A stretch of DNA of 64,000 nt. Source: Nymphaea colorata. Its lineage: Eukaryota. The notes under the pieces are model-generated. The model searched no databases and was not told the DNA's origin. It worked only from the letters and a program-made list of their open reading frames with translations. Below are positions 36,881-49,640 of the stretch, in pieces. The position numbers and the translations under genes are program-made. The stretch lies in the NCBI RefSeq assembly GCF_008831285.2, contig NC_045138.2, forward strand, positions 39,432,001 to 39,496,000. Direction: 5' to 3'. Within the stretch, counting starts at the first letter, position 1. The number at the start of each line of letters is the position of its first letter.

Positions 36881-37195
36881 ATGAGGGATCATGTATTATA
36901 TGCTGAAAATGAGGGATCATGTATTATATGCTGAAAATGAGGGATCATGTATTATATTCTGAAAATGAGGGATCATGTATTATATGCTGAAAATGAGGGA
37001 TCATGTATTATATTCTGAAAATGAGGGATCATGTATTATATTCTGAAAATGAGGGATCATGTATTATATGCTGAAAATGAGGGATCATGTATTATATGCT
37101 GAAAATGAGGGATCATGTATTTTGGTGGTGCCCTTTTTTGGTGGTGCCCTTATTGATTATAAGTAAATGAGGGATCATGTATTATATGCTGAAAA
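36881..37195. repeat. 28-bp minisatellite (8 full units, a partial unit, then a re-copied flank plus one more unit)
   Basis: ATGAGGGATCATGTATTATAT(G/T)CTGAAA every 28 bp from 36881 to 37077; no spacers. Confidence 0.95.
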
Positions 37196-37841
37196 TAACT
37201 AAAATGCCCTTATTGATTAAACCCAAAACCCTCCTGGAGTCCAAAAAAACCTTCTCCAAATTTAATTAGGTTACCAAAACTGCCCCTTTAATAAAACATG
37301 GGAACATGTCTTCCCAGGTTGACAGCATAACATGAAATTTGTCCTCGCAATTGTCAACGTTCACCGGCATATTTTTGCGGCTTCATTTCTTACTTTGCCG
37401 GGATCAACCAGTTCCAGGGAACAGTTGGCACGCATAGTGAGGAAGCAACATATGAATATCACTAGAAATTGGCCCCAAAAAAAAAAAAAAATTGATTAAA
37501 AGCAAAAGTGTAAAAAATTAACTTGGAGTTTCATAGTCAAATTCAATGGTGGCATAGACAGCCAGAAGTTCGACTCTAGGATACGTAAAACTATACTTGA
37601 TGGGGAAGTTTTTATTAATATGTATTGGAATTTTGACAAGTAAATCGAAGGGAAGATATGTGATAAATGTATAGAACTCAAGCCTCTCCTGCAGTTGTTG
37701 CCAACGGATGACATCCTATAATTTTGTCATCAGGTTACTTGTGATCTATTTATTTATCGTCAACTGGGTGAGAACAGAAAGCAGCTCATGCAGATAATGC
37801 AAGATAAAGCACCAGGTCTCAAATGTTTCATGTGTGTACTC

Positions 37842-37983
37842 GACCGATCTCCTCATTATTATTTTCATCCTGTATCTTGACAAGGGGACCAACAGGGTAG
37901 ACTGGTGGAATGTTGCCGCCATTGTCCCGACCCTGCATTATTACGTTGGGCTCAAGCTCGTCGACGGCGTTGATCATGATCCC
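37842..37983 (-). pseudogene. Short internal relic of a UGT72-like gene
   Basis: Matches the GIMIN.VDELEPN...MQGRDNGGNIPPVYPVGPLVKIQDENNNEEIG coding segment of the neighbouring UGTs, with a small internal deletion. Confidence 0.88.
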
Positions 37984-40696
37984 ACACAAATTGACAGTTC
38001 TTTATTTCAAGGAAAAGTTACAAGACACTTTTTGTCTTTACTAACAGCACATTAATTCCCTGATTTGTGCATTGTTTTTAACCCTTCGCTAATTACATCA
38101 TTACATCCACCATATTGACTAGAGATGCACTTCCAACATGACGAGATTCTTATCATGTTTGATCTCATAATTATAAATACCTGCCATATTAATCATCATA
38201 TGTACCCTTCACATTCCCCCTCAAACTGGATGGCGGAACGGAAATTCCAGTTTGTTGTAGATTTTTGCAAAAGCAAATCATCCTATCACATAGGCGGTGA
38301 TTTGGCGAGCCAAATTTTCCTTCATAAAAATTTTCTTCAACAGGATGAAGTCCTCGCTTTGGTGAAGAAAGCAACAATCTCTTTGCTAGTCTGCATGCCA
38401 TCTTTGGTCTTCCATCTTCCTGAACGAGCATTTTCTCTGATACCATGTTCAGAAAAAGTAAAAAAAGGAAAGATAAAAGAAGACGAGGGAAAGACTACTT
38501 TCATTCATCCTTCATGGTTTTACACCATGAAAAGCTATTATTGGCTTTAGTTTCACATCGTGCGATCTCTTTCATTTATAAACCCACACAAATAGATAGC
38601 TTCACTAACAGCACATTAATTCTCTGATTTGTGCGCTGTCTTTAATCGTTCTCTATGTGCATCACTATCATGCTCTTTGCTACCATGTTGGCTGCTGATA
38701 TATTATGTCCACGATAATTAAATTTTTAGCATATGTGATCTCATGATTTTTGTTGTCTTCCATATTAATCATGATATTTATACTTTACAGGATCGTCCTT
38801 TCCAGCTACGGCCGTTTGAGACGCCCATTCGTCGTCTTCCTCTGTCGTTTACCAAAGCACTCTGAGCTCATGATCTATAAATATTGATTACTCCATCGTC
38901 ATACACTGTCTCGAAACGTCACTCCTAATGCACCCACGTATACGCCCCCACTGGCTCCAAGAGGCCAGGGAAGAAGAACCTGATCAAGCCGCCGGTAGGT
39001 GGAGCCGTTCTTCCCCCTTGCCACGACGGCCGATGGTTTTCAATCTCCTCCTCACCTCCTTCCCCTCCTCTTCTTCCGTCAGCAGCGTCGCCGCCTCCTC
39101 CACCTCCCCAATCCGCACCACCTTTCCCCTACTTTTTGACATTTATTTTATTAACTAAGCTTTAAACTTTTAATTTAGTCGTCGTTAATGACTAAAATGC
39201 TTTTAATTCACACTGAAAAAAACTTTTTGTAAAAATAAAAATAAAAAACAAAAAAAGTAAAAAGACCACAAAGAACATTTTTTTAAATTATAAAAATACC
39301 CATTGCTCTTTTACTGCTCAAAACGAATTCAAATATAGTTGTACGTGATTCTTAATTGTTTATGAATGGATTCCTGGTTCTGTCCTTTGGAAAGACCAAG
39401 AGAACAATATCTCCTAATATGCAGGTCCACTTTTTCTCTCTGGCGAGTAGAAAGCAGCATATTCTTTCCGCACGTAGAAAACAGGTTATTCTCTCGCTAT
39501 TAACATAACAAGTTTAATTTATATTTTAATATGGCAAATACTTTCTCATCTCATTTCATGGGGCTTGGATCAAGAGAATGTGAAATGATGCAGACTGAAA
39601 ACTCCAACAATTAATTGTAGAAAACCACTTGATCGTAATTGGTTTCTTACGCGTGGGCTGATAATAAATTAACGAAAGCTTGAAATAAAAGGTGATGTAT
39701 GCCTAATTAATTTCTGTTCTTATCGTGATGGTTGGCTTCTAAATTCTTCATTTAATAGGATGTGTGATTTTTAGGCATAGCGACAAGGGCAGGGAAGTGT
39801 TTTAAGCAATAGAACATTTTTTCAAAAAAAAAAAGACAAATAAAAAAGGTGTATTTCGTACTACTTAATGAAAAAAAAATGAGAAATTAAAAAAAAAGTG
39901 TATTTCGTATTAGTAATGTTTAAAATCATCCCAGTATAAGGGGCTAATGAGTTCAATGTACGGGGTATATTTGACAAGCATTTGGCACCAAGTTTTAGAA
40001 TTTCGAGTGTTTGGGTGTCAACAAAACCGAGAACGATGAAAACTTAATCTTGTCAAAACCTGGCTTTATAAAAGGATTTATGTCATTAGTGGGTGCAACC
40101 GTCAACGGCTTCTAGGTCTCGAGTTCGAATTGCCAGGACGTTCGTTTGAGCAATCACATTTGTAGACAGGCTTATTCTTATTGTTCTTTTTACTTTATAC
40201 TATTAAATGTCCTAGGCATTACCGAGGGCCTCCGAACCTTTCAAGAATGAAGGGCCGATTTGGGCACTAATATATAAATAAATAAATGGTTAACCAGAAG
40301 GCTAATATGTCAACGCGCGTATTAATAATTTTTGTTTTCCATTGTGCACTTCGGTGAGTTTTTGTGAGGAAAATTAAAACTTGGTCGACTACACGAAGAG
40401 CTCAAACGCGGAAGATTGCTATTTAGAAACTCATCCTACCATACCATTATCAACTTATTCTTTTGCTATGCTCCCAACATTGCGATTCTTCATGCAACTC
40501 TTATGAACAACAAAAGGGTACTGAATTGAACTAGGAAAAGAGGCCTACAACTCCACCACAAGCCAGATGATTCGACGTAGCCTTCCAACACATAGTTTAG
40601 CTTCACTTTGAACTTACTTAATATTCCAAACCAAAGTAGATTCAGGTTGAAACGCAAACTCAAACCATTATGTGGAAATCGACATGCAAATTGAGT

Positions 40697-42137
40697 CTAA
40701 ACATTCGCTACTTTTCCTTTGGACCAACTGTCCACAAGCTGGGCGATGCGCTGGTGAGACAAGCCCTTTCCCGCAAGTGCCTTAGCCACCACCTTGCTCA
40801 GCTCACTTGCTCTCTTCCTTAGCTTCTCCCCCACCTCCCCATCCATCAGCACCCTCACCGCCTGACCCACCTCCTCTCTCAGCACCAGCCCCTTCTCATA
40901 ACTCACACCCACTGCTACTCCCATCTCCTCCACCAACATCCGTGAGTTCATTCTCTGCTCTGCATACAGCGGCCACGCGATCATGGGCACCCCGCGTGCG
41001 ATGCTCTCCAGTGTCGAGTTCCAGCCACAGTGTGAGAGGAACCCTCCAATGGCTTCATGGCTCAACACCTTCACCTGCGGCGCCCATTCCGGCAGCACCA
41101 TCCCCACGTCCGCCGTCCTCTTCACGAACCCTTCTGGAAGAAAGCTCGTTACGTCGTCCTCTTTGTTTCTCGCCGTGCCGAAGAAGGCAGCATCGGCGAC
41201 GCTGTACGGCTTCCTCGCCACCCAGAGGAATCGATGCCCGCTCCGTTCTAGCCCCCAAGCGAGCTCTGTTAACTGCTTCTGCATCAATGTTCCCCCACTC
41301 CCCAAGCACACGAACAAAACAGAGCCTCGTGGCTGCTGGTCCAACCATTTCAAGCAATTATCTTGACCGATCTCCTCTTTCTCGCTTTCATCGACCATCT
41401 TCACGAGGGGGCCAACAGGGTAGAGGGGTGGAATGTTGTCACCATTTTCGCGACCCTGCATTGGTGCCCTGATTGCATTGGGCTCAAGCTCGGCGACGGT
41501 GTTGATCATGATACCGGTTGCCTCCCTGTATCTACGGCAATGGTGAAGGTACCACCAGTAGTCAACATCCTGACGGACGGTCTAGCATCGGGTCTACCAG
41601 CTCTGTGCCTCGGAAGGGCAGACAGCCGGGGAGCTTCACCTCGTCCTTCAGGTGCTTGTACTCTCCTACGATATCCTCGTGAAGGATGGGCGTGTGTAGA
41701 AAGAGAGACAGCGCCGTGGCGTTCGAGGTGAAGAGGATGTAGGCGGGGATCTCAAGCTCTGCGGCGACATCGAGTAGGTCTGTGCAGAAGACGTCGAGTA
41801 TGAAGGCTGTAATTGGCTGGATCTTGGGGAGGAGGTCCCGCAGGCGTTGGACGGAGCGCCTCATGATGGTTGAGATGGCGGTGAGCACCTTTCCGTTGGT
41901 GGGGAGGTCGGAAGTGTCGACGGCAGGGAGGGAGATACAGTTGATATTGTTGGAAAGCTCGGACAGGTTGGTGATGGAAGAAGCGGGGAACTGGCCGGAG
42001 ACCGTGAAGAAGGAAACGGTGAGAGAGTGGCAAGAGAGAAGGGTTTTAGCGAGCTCTATCATGGGGTTGAGATGACCGATGCCGGCGCTCGGGACCATGA
42101 CGACGTGGGGCTCCTCCCTGTTGTGTAGGATCTTCAT
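40697..42137 (-). pseudogene. UGT72-like gene with a single 4-bp frameshift (478 aa if repaired)
   Basis: Starts MKILHNREEPHVVMVPSAGIGHLNP. ACGG is duplicated at 41573-41580; length 1441 = 1437+4; intact PSPG box WAPQ...WPLYAEQ downstream. Confidence 0.9.
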
Positions 42138-43460
42138 GCTTTGGGTGGGTGGAGACGAAACCTGACTGTCTCGAAGTGCGCAACTTTGGCAGAAGAAAGG
42201 GTCGCGAACTCTCTCCTTTATTAGGTGCTTGGGGCAGCAAGATTTCGAATTCGGCATGACATGCTATCGTTTTGTAGTGTGGCGCCAAGTAATCGGCGCT
42301 GTTCTTTATTTGGCGACGGGTGGATGTGTGATCCTGCTGAGTGTTGAAAAGCCAACCCCCTTCATGGTTGTGAAACATCTGGAAGGGTCGTCCACCACAT
42401 ATTGCATTCTCCTCCTTTTGCTTCTCATACTTTTAGACGTAAAAAAAAAAAATCACATTATAAAGTTCTAAGATAGAATTGCCAATTATATTATATTGAA
42501 CAATTCCATCCATGTTGCGCTAATCTCTCAGTTGAACAAGTTTAAAGTTAGAACCTTCTACTGTATTAATAAGATTATTTAAAGTTCGAAGGTCCAACCC
42601 TTCGGGGTCTATACATTTCTAGTAGTTGATAGAGAAGTTTTTGCCGATTAATTTTTAGATCACAGGTATGACTGTCGTGTTCCTTTTGTTTTTTTAACCG
42701 ATTAATTTGACTGTGACAAGGGGTTTGACCTTAAAGAGATGAATTTCGATCTCCCAAGTGCCACGCATATGAAGAAATTCTCGATCTTAAAAGTATTCTT
42801 GCCGATGGTGACATCCGAACCATTTTTGAGGAAGCGGCACTAACTTTTTTGTTAAATCACAACATGCGCGTCACCTCTCATGAAATATATATGATTTTTT
42901 TTAGTTGTTTGTGTTTGTCCTTGTAAGGACTTTTTTTTTCTCTTCCGTTATCTCCGTCTTCTTTGTTTTCAATAGGAGCAATTTTTTTTCTTGGCAGACG
43001 AAAATAGTGAAAGACCATACGAACAATTTCTTTATTTTGGGTTTTGGCTTCACGGTCAGTTATAATGCTATAATAAGAACTAAGGCTTTCATTCCAACGA
43101 AAAGTCAGCTTTCTTGAGGAAGCAACTCGACCGCTTGATCTGAATCTGATCGGACCAACACTAATAACCATCTTCCTTTAACACGTAGTAAACGCCAACT
43201 CTTTCCGATGGCCATGGAAATCCATCAACGATGCTGCTGACTCTGTTCAGTAGCCGATTACCCGCAGGCGTAATCACCATCCTCCATTCTGATCACGTTG
43301 ATAGAGTGAAAAGAGAGAATGAGTTGCATGCACGCAATCAATATAAACCAAAAGAAGAACAAGGGTATTTTGGTCATTATGTTAAAATGTTGTTTTTAAT
43401 CTTTTTATCAACTGATGTCAATAAAAAATAAATATCAACTTGTTATCGGCCAATTGTATT

Positions 43461-43465
<5 letters not shown>

Positions 43466-43506
<41 letters not shown>
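43466..43506. repeat. (TA)n microsatellite
   Basis: Perfect TA run. Confidence 0.95.
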
Positions 43507-43508
<2 letters not shown>

Positions 43509-44239
43509 TTGATTACTCCCTCCAAACCGCTGTCGCTCAGAAGTTCTTTAGTTGTTGGTGATGCTCATGGTTTAATTAAAGCTTATAAATCATTGATTAC
43601 TTGATAAATTTTTAACGAATAAACTTTTAACATTTATTTTTTGAACTATGCATTGAACTTTTAAATTTTCAAAATTTTAAACTTTTTCAATTCGAAAACA
43701 ATTCAATTTGATCGATCTTTTGAATTTTTTGAAAATTCTTGGTTGAAAACCAGCTAGCGGTTCCCATAACGTTAAAAATATTAGCTGATATACTTTCTTC
43801 TGACACAGATGCTCCAGGTGAATCTTGGAGGGCAAGGGAATGAGAAGGGCTTCGAGTTTTGAATCCATTTTGTCAAATCTGGTTAAGAAATGAACTAAAT
43901 CCTATTACCAATCAGATTCAGATTGATTGGCAATTTTATAGTTAGATCCAAATTTCACTGCCAATCGGACTGAGACAAGATAAAAGCCCAATCTAATCAC
44001 ATATAGACTTTTGGGTTTATGTTAATTGGTCAAAACTTAATTGAAAAAGAAAAAAAGATCTGAATTTTGGTTTTAAGTTCAATTTCGTAGAATTTTGCTT
44101 CAAGTAGATTCAATATAGACTGAATCTGACCTTTTTCATCGCCTTTCATATTCGCCCTGTATGTCCAAAATGTAATTTCCTTTTTCTTATGGAATGATGC
44201 AATCTTCCTTCTTTTCTTTCCTAAATATTTTCGACAAAA

Positions 44240-44610
44240 CGACTATCAACGGATCATATTCAAATTATATATACTCTTAACCATATCTACTTTTTAGATA
44301 TTCACATCTTTGAATTCGAATATGAATGAAGAAAGATCATATTCGGATCTGAAATCCAATTTCACAAACCACATATGATCCAAATCTGATGTTTACAAAT
44401 CTGAATTTTGAACTGATCCCGACCGATTCTCAAAATGTAAGGATATGATATTTGTTTAAAACTAAATCCGATCGAATCTGAATCTAATCACATATTTATC
44501 TATGTCCGAATTTAATCGGATGGTGTTTCTTGAATTTGAAGTCGATATTTTTTTTAATTGGATATTAACTTTTTTTCTATCAGATTTTTTTTCAGAATGA
44601 TCAGACACCA
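44240..44610. mobile_element. Degenerate member of the ATCCG/CGGAT-rich MITE family
   Basis: Shares motifs such as TTTAAAACTAAATCC.ATCGAATCTGAATC with 2042-2614 and 58474-58905. Confidence 0.5.
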
Positions 44611-45087
44611 TAATGCTTCGATGTAAAGGTTGCATTTAGAAAGTAGGTTGTAAAGAAAAAAAATGAAAATATTAAATGGTAGTCAGCATCTCTGAATTGT
44701 AGTTGTAGCCAAGGCAAGTTGGATTTCGAATTTTCGAGCTGCTAGTTTGAGATCCAGTATCCACACCTAATTTTCGCGATACCAACAACTACGGGAAGGA
44801 CCAAACCTGGTTAGATCCGGCCGACCATTCATTTGTTGGCTCGATCTTTAGCTTTCGAAAACCTGCAAATGAAAAAGTGGTGAAATTCGGAAAACGGTTG
44901 CGGAAAATTCCAGAGAAGGAGAAGAAATCACTGCAAATTACTTTGTCTAATGGCAGTGTTCATATTCATCAAATCGTCTCATCTATTCCTAAAATCTGTC
45001 CGTCTTGAAATCTGTTGGTCCCCAGAGAGTTCATATTTTACAGCAATAAAGAAGATGAAAGAGATTCTTCGGGATGGTGGAAAATTT

Positions 45088-45645
45088 TCAGGCGTAGGAA
45101 ACGCCAAGAGAAGCGTTGAAGCAGAATCTCTCTGACACCGTCTTCCTCACTCTGGAGTCGTTCTCCTCCGGTATGGATAGAAGAGTTCCGTTTTGGGGAC
45201 GTGGCTGCTCCCGGCGCATCGGGAGCGCCCGCCTAACGTCACCGCCGGCGTCTCTTCTCTCCGCGGTGGGTCTTGTCCTGAAGATCAGTTGGAGCAGCTT
45301 GCTGAAGTGCCGAAGGACCGTCTGCCGCCGCTGGCCCTTCCTGAGCGGTGCTGGTGCCGAAGTTGGTGGCAGAGACGTCGACGCGAAGTGGGGCATGGAG
45401 TTTGACCTGCAGGAAACGGAGGAGGTAATGGCGGAGTCGAGATGACGTTTGAAAGATCTGAGCTCGAAGGAGTCGTAGAGGCAACTGTCGCAGTCCCAGA
45501 CCAGCTTGCTCCTTCCCAAATGCTCTTCCTCCTTCTCCTTGCCTTTCATGGCGGTGGCATCTTCCAAGAAAGAAACTTTCCTTACCCCCATTTCTGCCTG
45601 CTCTTCCTCCAATCTCTCCCCCTCCCCTCCTTTTTTTATATGCAT
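45088..45645 (-). CDS. Uncharacterised plant protein with WDCxSxLYDSFEL motif, single exon, up to 185 aa
   Basis: GC-rich ORF containing VWDCDSCLYDSFELRSFKRHLDSAI and SRSxSMPH-like CRSNSMPH. I recognise these as motifs of a plant family of unknown function. Start codon uncertain. Confidence 0.8.
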   Translation of the reverse strand: MHIKKGGEGERLEEEQAEMGVRKVSFLEDATAMKGKEKEEEHLGRSKLVWDCDSCLYDSFELRSFKRHLDSAITSSVSCRSNSMPHFASTSLPPTSAPAPLRKGQRRQTVLRHFSKLLQLIFRTRPTAERRDAGGDVRRALPMRREQPRPQNGTLLSIPEENDSRVRKTVSERFCFNASLGVSYA

Positions 45646-48600
45646 GAAATCCGTGTTCTCCGTCTCCCTTGCTTCTCACTGTCAACTACACACACGCAAA
45701 GTGCCTGAAGTCGATGTAAAAGTCAGAATGGCACCCGAGAAAGGGAAGGAGATAGAAAAAGATACACGACAGAGAGAACCCCGTGCTGGGAAATGGCGCA
45801 TTTATCTCTGGAATCAGAATTCTCAAGTCTTGAACAGAAAGAAAGAAAAAATAAAAACTAAAACTCAACAGGAGCGCACATGGAGACCTCGTGCTTAGTT
45901 TGGCTTTCAATTCAAGTATAAAGAGTGAGTAGTTTTCCGTAGCTTCACGCTTAGATTGGTGGAATTGGAACAGGGCAGGATCGTTGACGAACAAGCAATT
46001 CCAAATCCCAAAGCCAAAAAAGTAGAACACTTTTAATATCTTTCTTTGTCTCTCCATTGCTGCATATATTGCTGTAGATGGTTGATCTGAGTTTTAAAAC
46101 CGGCGACTTTCAACCAAGAGACTTTGATAATTAGACGTCGATCTTGGCGGATATGATTTGGAAGTGGTCTAAAGAATCCCATTTTATCAATTAAAAAAAA
46201 ACACGAACAAAAAGTAGTTGGGGTTAGACTTCAACAGTGGATTCGCCAAAGTGGACTCTATAATCGAGACCATTTTCTTGGACTCCCACATGTTCCTTCT
46301 TCATTTTTTATTTTCAAGAAGCTACCTTCGTTTTACTACTTGTTTGTTTCTGAGTAATTGTGCAATCTTTATGTAATCTTTCTCTCTCTCTCTCTCAATT
46401 TGTTGGAGGGGCACCATCATATTACTAGTTCAATAGTAATACGCAATCGAGTTACAGATATAAGCAGGGTGGTTCAAAGATTAAGGCGGCTTTGAATTAG
46501 GTGGAGTTAACATGGCCCCTACTCAGGGGTGGATCAAATTCAAAATTAGAAGCTGCACAACTTCGTTAAATGAGGAAAACATAAATAAAATGGTTGCCTG
46601 CTGTCTTCTTTTCTGCATCGAGAAACTTGGTGTGATGAACCTGAACGAGATTATGTGGTAGTAACCGCTTCTGTCTCCAATTAAATCACTTTCATCTACA
46701 ATCAATAAGGAAAAAAAAAAGAAGGAAAAGGTGAACAATAAGTCAAGGCCTAATCGGCTGGCCACCAAGTTGGCACCTTCCAGGAAGCATGTTATATTGA
46801 GAAAACCAGCAGGAAGCGGACAGATGAAAGGCTGCATCTCACCAACCTTCATTTAAATAACACTCCTTTCCCACGGGCATCACTTGATTTTCTGCAACTT
46901 TCCACTCCCCACTACTCACGGCGTTATTATCGAACCTTCCTTACAATTTTGCATGTGACAGAGAGACATTCTCACTCAAGTGTGTGAGACCAAGTGGTCT
47001 CTTCACCCGAATCCCGAGCATGAGGAGAATTGCTCACCAGTCGAAGCATTACCATCGAATTCATGCTACCGCTGCAGAACAGGTGATGAGAAGCCAACGG
47101 TGATCAGTTGAAGAAGAAGAAGGCGACCCGTGAGCTTTCTCGTATAGTTGCTTGCTGAAAGCATGAGATTGGGAATTAATGCCTTTGATGCAATTTATTC
47201 TCAGCCAACAACCGGACATGACTAATTTGGTTCAAGAATCAAAGGAGACTAAGAGAACATAATCAACATGTTTGGATGTGATCTTCAAAGTCCCTGTAGT
47301 ACTCTGGGTAGGGGTTTGACCTTTAACCAGGCGGTGGGTCTCCCTGAAAGGCCAAGAAAAGTGCAAAGTCAGTTTCAGTAACTCCATTCGTAGGTCAATT
47401 ATCCCGGTTTGGAATAATTTTATTTATGTACATATTAAAATATTTTGTTTGCCTATCTTTCACTGAAAACTCTGTTCTCGAGCTTTTGAAATGCTTTTAA
47501 TGTTCGTCTGTACTACTTAGATACTTACGTATCTAAACATATCCCAATGCATCCAATTATTGATTCGCCACAGCACCTGTTTGAAGTCTGAACCTGATCC
47601 GTTCCCACCAGAGTTACCGGGTGGACATCTGTATCTTTGCGTGCACGAAACATGCAATGTTCATATTCCAATCTCATTTCATTAGGGTCTCAACCATATT
47701 AGATCTGGAAAATATACAGTTGTCACCATGTTCAACTAATCAAAGATTGCTAAGTCCGACTCACTGTTTCCTCATAGTTCCGATGATGTTCACATTGATT
47801 GGATTTAGAAGCAGAACCAGATGGGATCTAAAATATTGGATAAGAAAATCGCACACAAAGTCGTAACTTCCATTCTTTTAATGTTCATCTCAAACCCAAC
47901 TACATGAATCAAAGATCAGATGATATGCAGATCATTAACATCCACAAGTGCCATGCTTTCGTCTGCGAGGTCGCCCATTTTCCTGTGGCCGATCCCATCT
48001 ACCTGATCCGTTTTAAGATAAACGTGCTTCTGGTTATGTCTCCTTGGCGAGACAAGCGAACGTAGAACTATTCTAATATTTTTGACGTTTCTAGCTGGAA
48101 CAGAACTTTCAATATTTAACCTCATAAAATATTCTTATAACCGAAGAGTTATCCATCAATAATATGCAGGATTCGGCAATAAGATGGTTCGTAAACACAA
48201 AGCTCATCCTCCCTTAAGCAATAACGGAGAGAAACGGGCACCTGGAATCAGATTAAGATCGATCTTATATAGTATTTAAAGTGCACTACTAATCAAACAT
48301 TGGTTGGTAAATATAAAATCTCTAATTCTGATTTTTATTTGCAATACCTTGAATGTAGAGCCACCCGACAGAATTCAGAATAATAGACAATGAAGACATA
48401 CATATACCAACACTTTATTTCACAAAGACTACTCTTGGCATTCACATATATTGAGACTCATATCAGAATGTATAGTTTCACACAAATGTGCAGTAGGAGA
48501 GATGACAGTAGTTCCGTTGGTTAACCTTTAAAAAAACAAAAAACAAAAGTCAGGCATAACATAATTCATACAACGTTCCGCACACTGTATACACATATCC

Positions 48601-48740
48601 AGTAATGCACATCAGAATAAGAATGAGATCATGCCCAAGCTCCCACAAGGAAAAAAGGGAAACAAGAGAAACTTACATCCAAAATACATTGATGGAAGTT
48701 GCACCAGAATTGAATGAAAGGACAAATTAAAGTTGTGCGA

Positions 48741-49640
48741 GAAAACCAATAAAAAATTGCAAAAATACAACACAAGTATCAGATCATAAGCTCAAGAATT
48801 ACCAACTCACAAGGTTTTAAATCCAACATTGTGGATACACAATGACAACTCACAGAAACCAAATCGAGAAGCATATAGTCACTATACACCATTCATCAGT
48901 CACCATAACCGAAGTTGCTAAAAAAGCATGATCAACATATAAAAGTCGTTCACTCCTGCATGGAACAAACACATAACTCCACTTAAGTAGAGGCCGGTTC
49001 GAGTCCAAATAGTACTGACCTGGGACCAGATACCTTGAATCCATGAGATTTTATGGCTGACCCAGCTCAAATATGGATAAAATAATGAGATACAAGTCCG
49101 AGTTATGCTGACCTCTTAACAGGAGTTGTTCGATGCATGAGCTAACAATGCCTCTCCATCTTTCCAAGTCAAATTACAGCAAAAGAAACCCTTTTGAATC
49201 TTAAAGGAAAACCAATAAAATATTTCCCAAAGACAACGCCAGTATGAGATCATAAGCTCAAGAATTACCAGCTCACAAGGTTTTAAATCCAGCATCGTGT
49301 ACACTGAAGGACAACTCACAGAAACGAATACAGTCACTATACACCATTCATCAGTCACCAGGACTGAAGGTTGCAAAAAAGCTGGATCAACATATAAAAG
49401 TCATTCACTCCTGCATGGAACAAACACATAATTTCACATAAGTAGAGGCTGGTTCACGTCCAACAGGTACTGACCTGGGCCCGCTTACCTTCAAACCATG
49501 AGATTTTATAGCTGACCCAGCTCAAATATGGATAACGTGCTCAGATAACCTCCCAACAGGAGTGTTTGGATGCATGAGCTAAAAATGCCTCTTCATGTTA
49601 CCAAGTCAACTTACAGGATAAAAGAGCCTTTTGAATCATA
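48741..49640. repeat. Non-coding tandem duplication, 2 x about 450 bp
   Basis: 48741-49207 vs 49208-49640 share GATCATAAGCTCAAGAATTACC and CACTATACACCATTCATCAGTCACCA among other blocks. Confidence 0.9.

Noticed and set aside
36881..37121. CRISPR-like array (28-bp repeats)
   Set aside because: Units are head-to-tail with no spacers, there are no cas genes, and the context is eukaryotic; it is a minisatellite.
20263..42471. Many overlapping antisense or alternate-frame ORFs over the UGT genes
   Set aside because: Expected shadows of GC-rich coding sequence; they recur only because the genes are paralogous.
48775..49365. Intronic C/D-box snoRNA pair (minus-strand TGATGA ... CTGA)
   Set aside because: The putative D box is CTCA in the second copy, and I recognised no terminal stem or rRNA guide.
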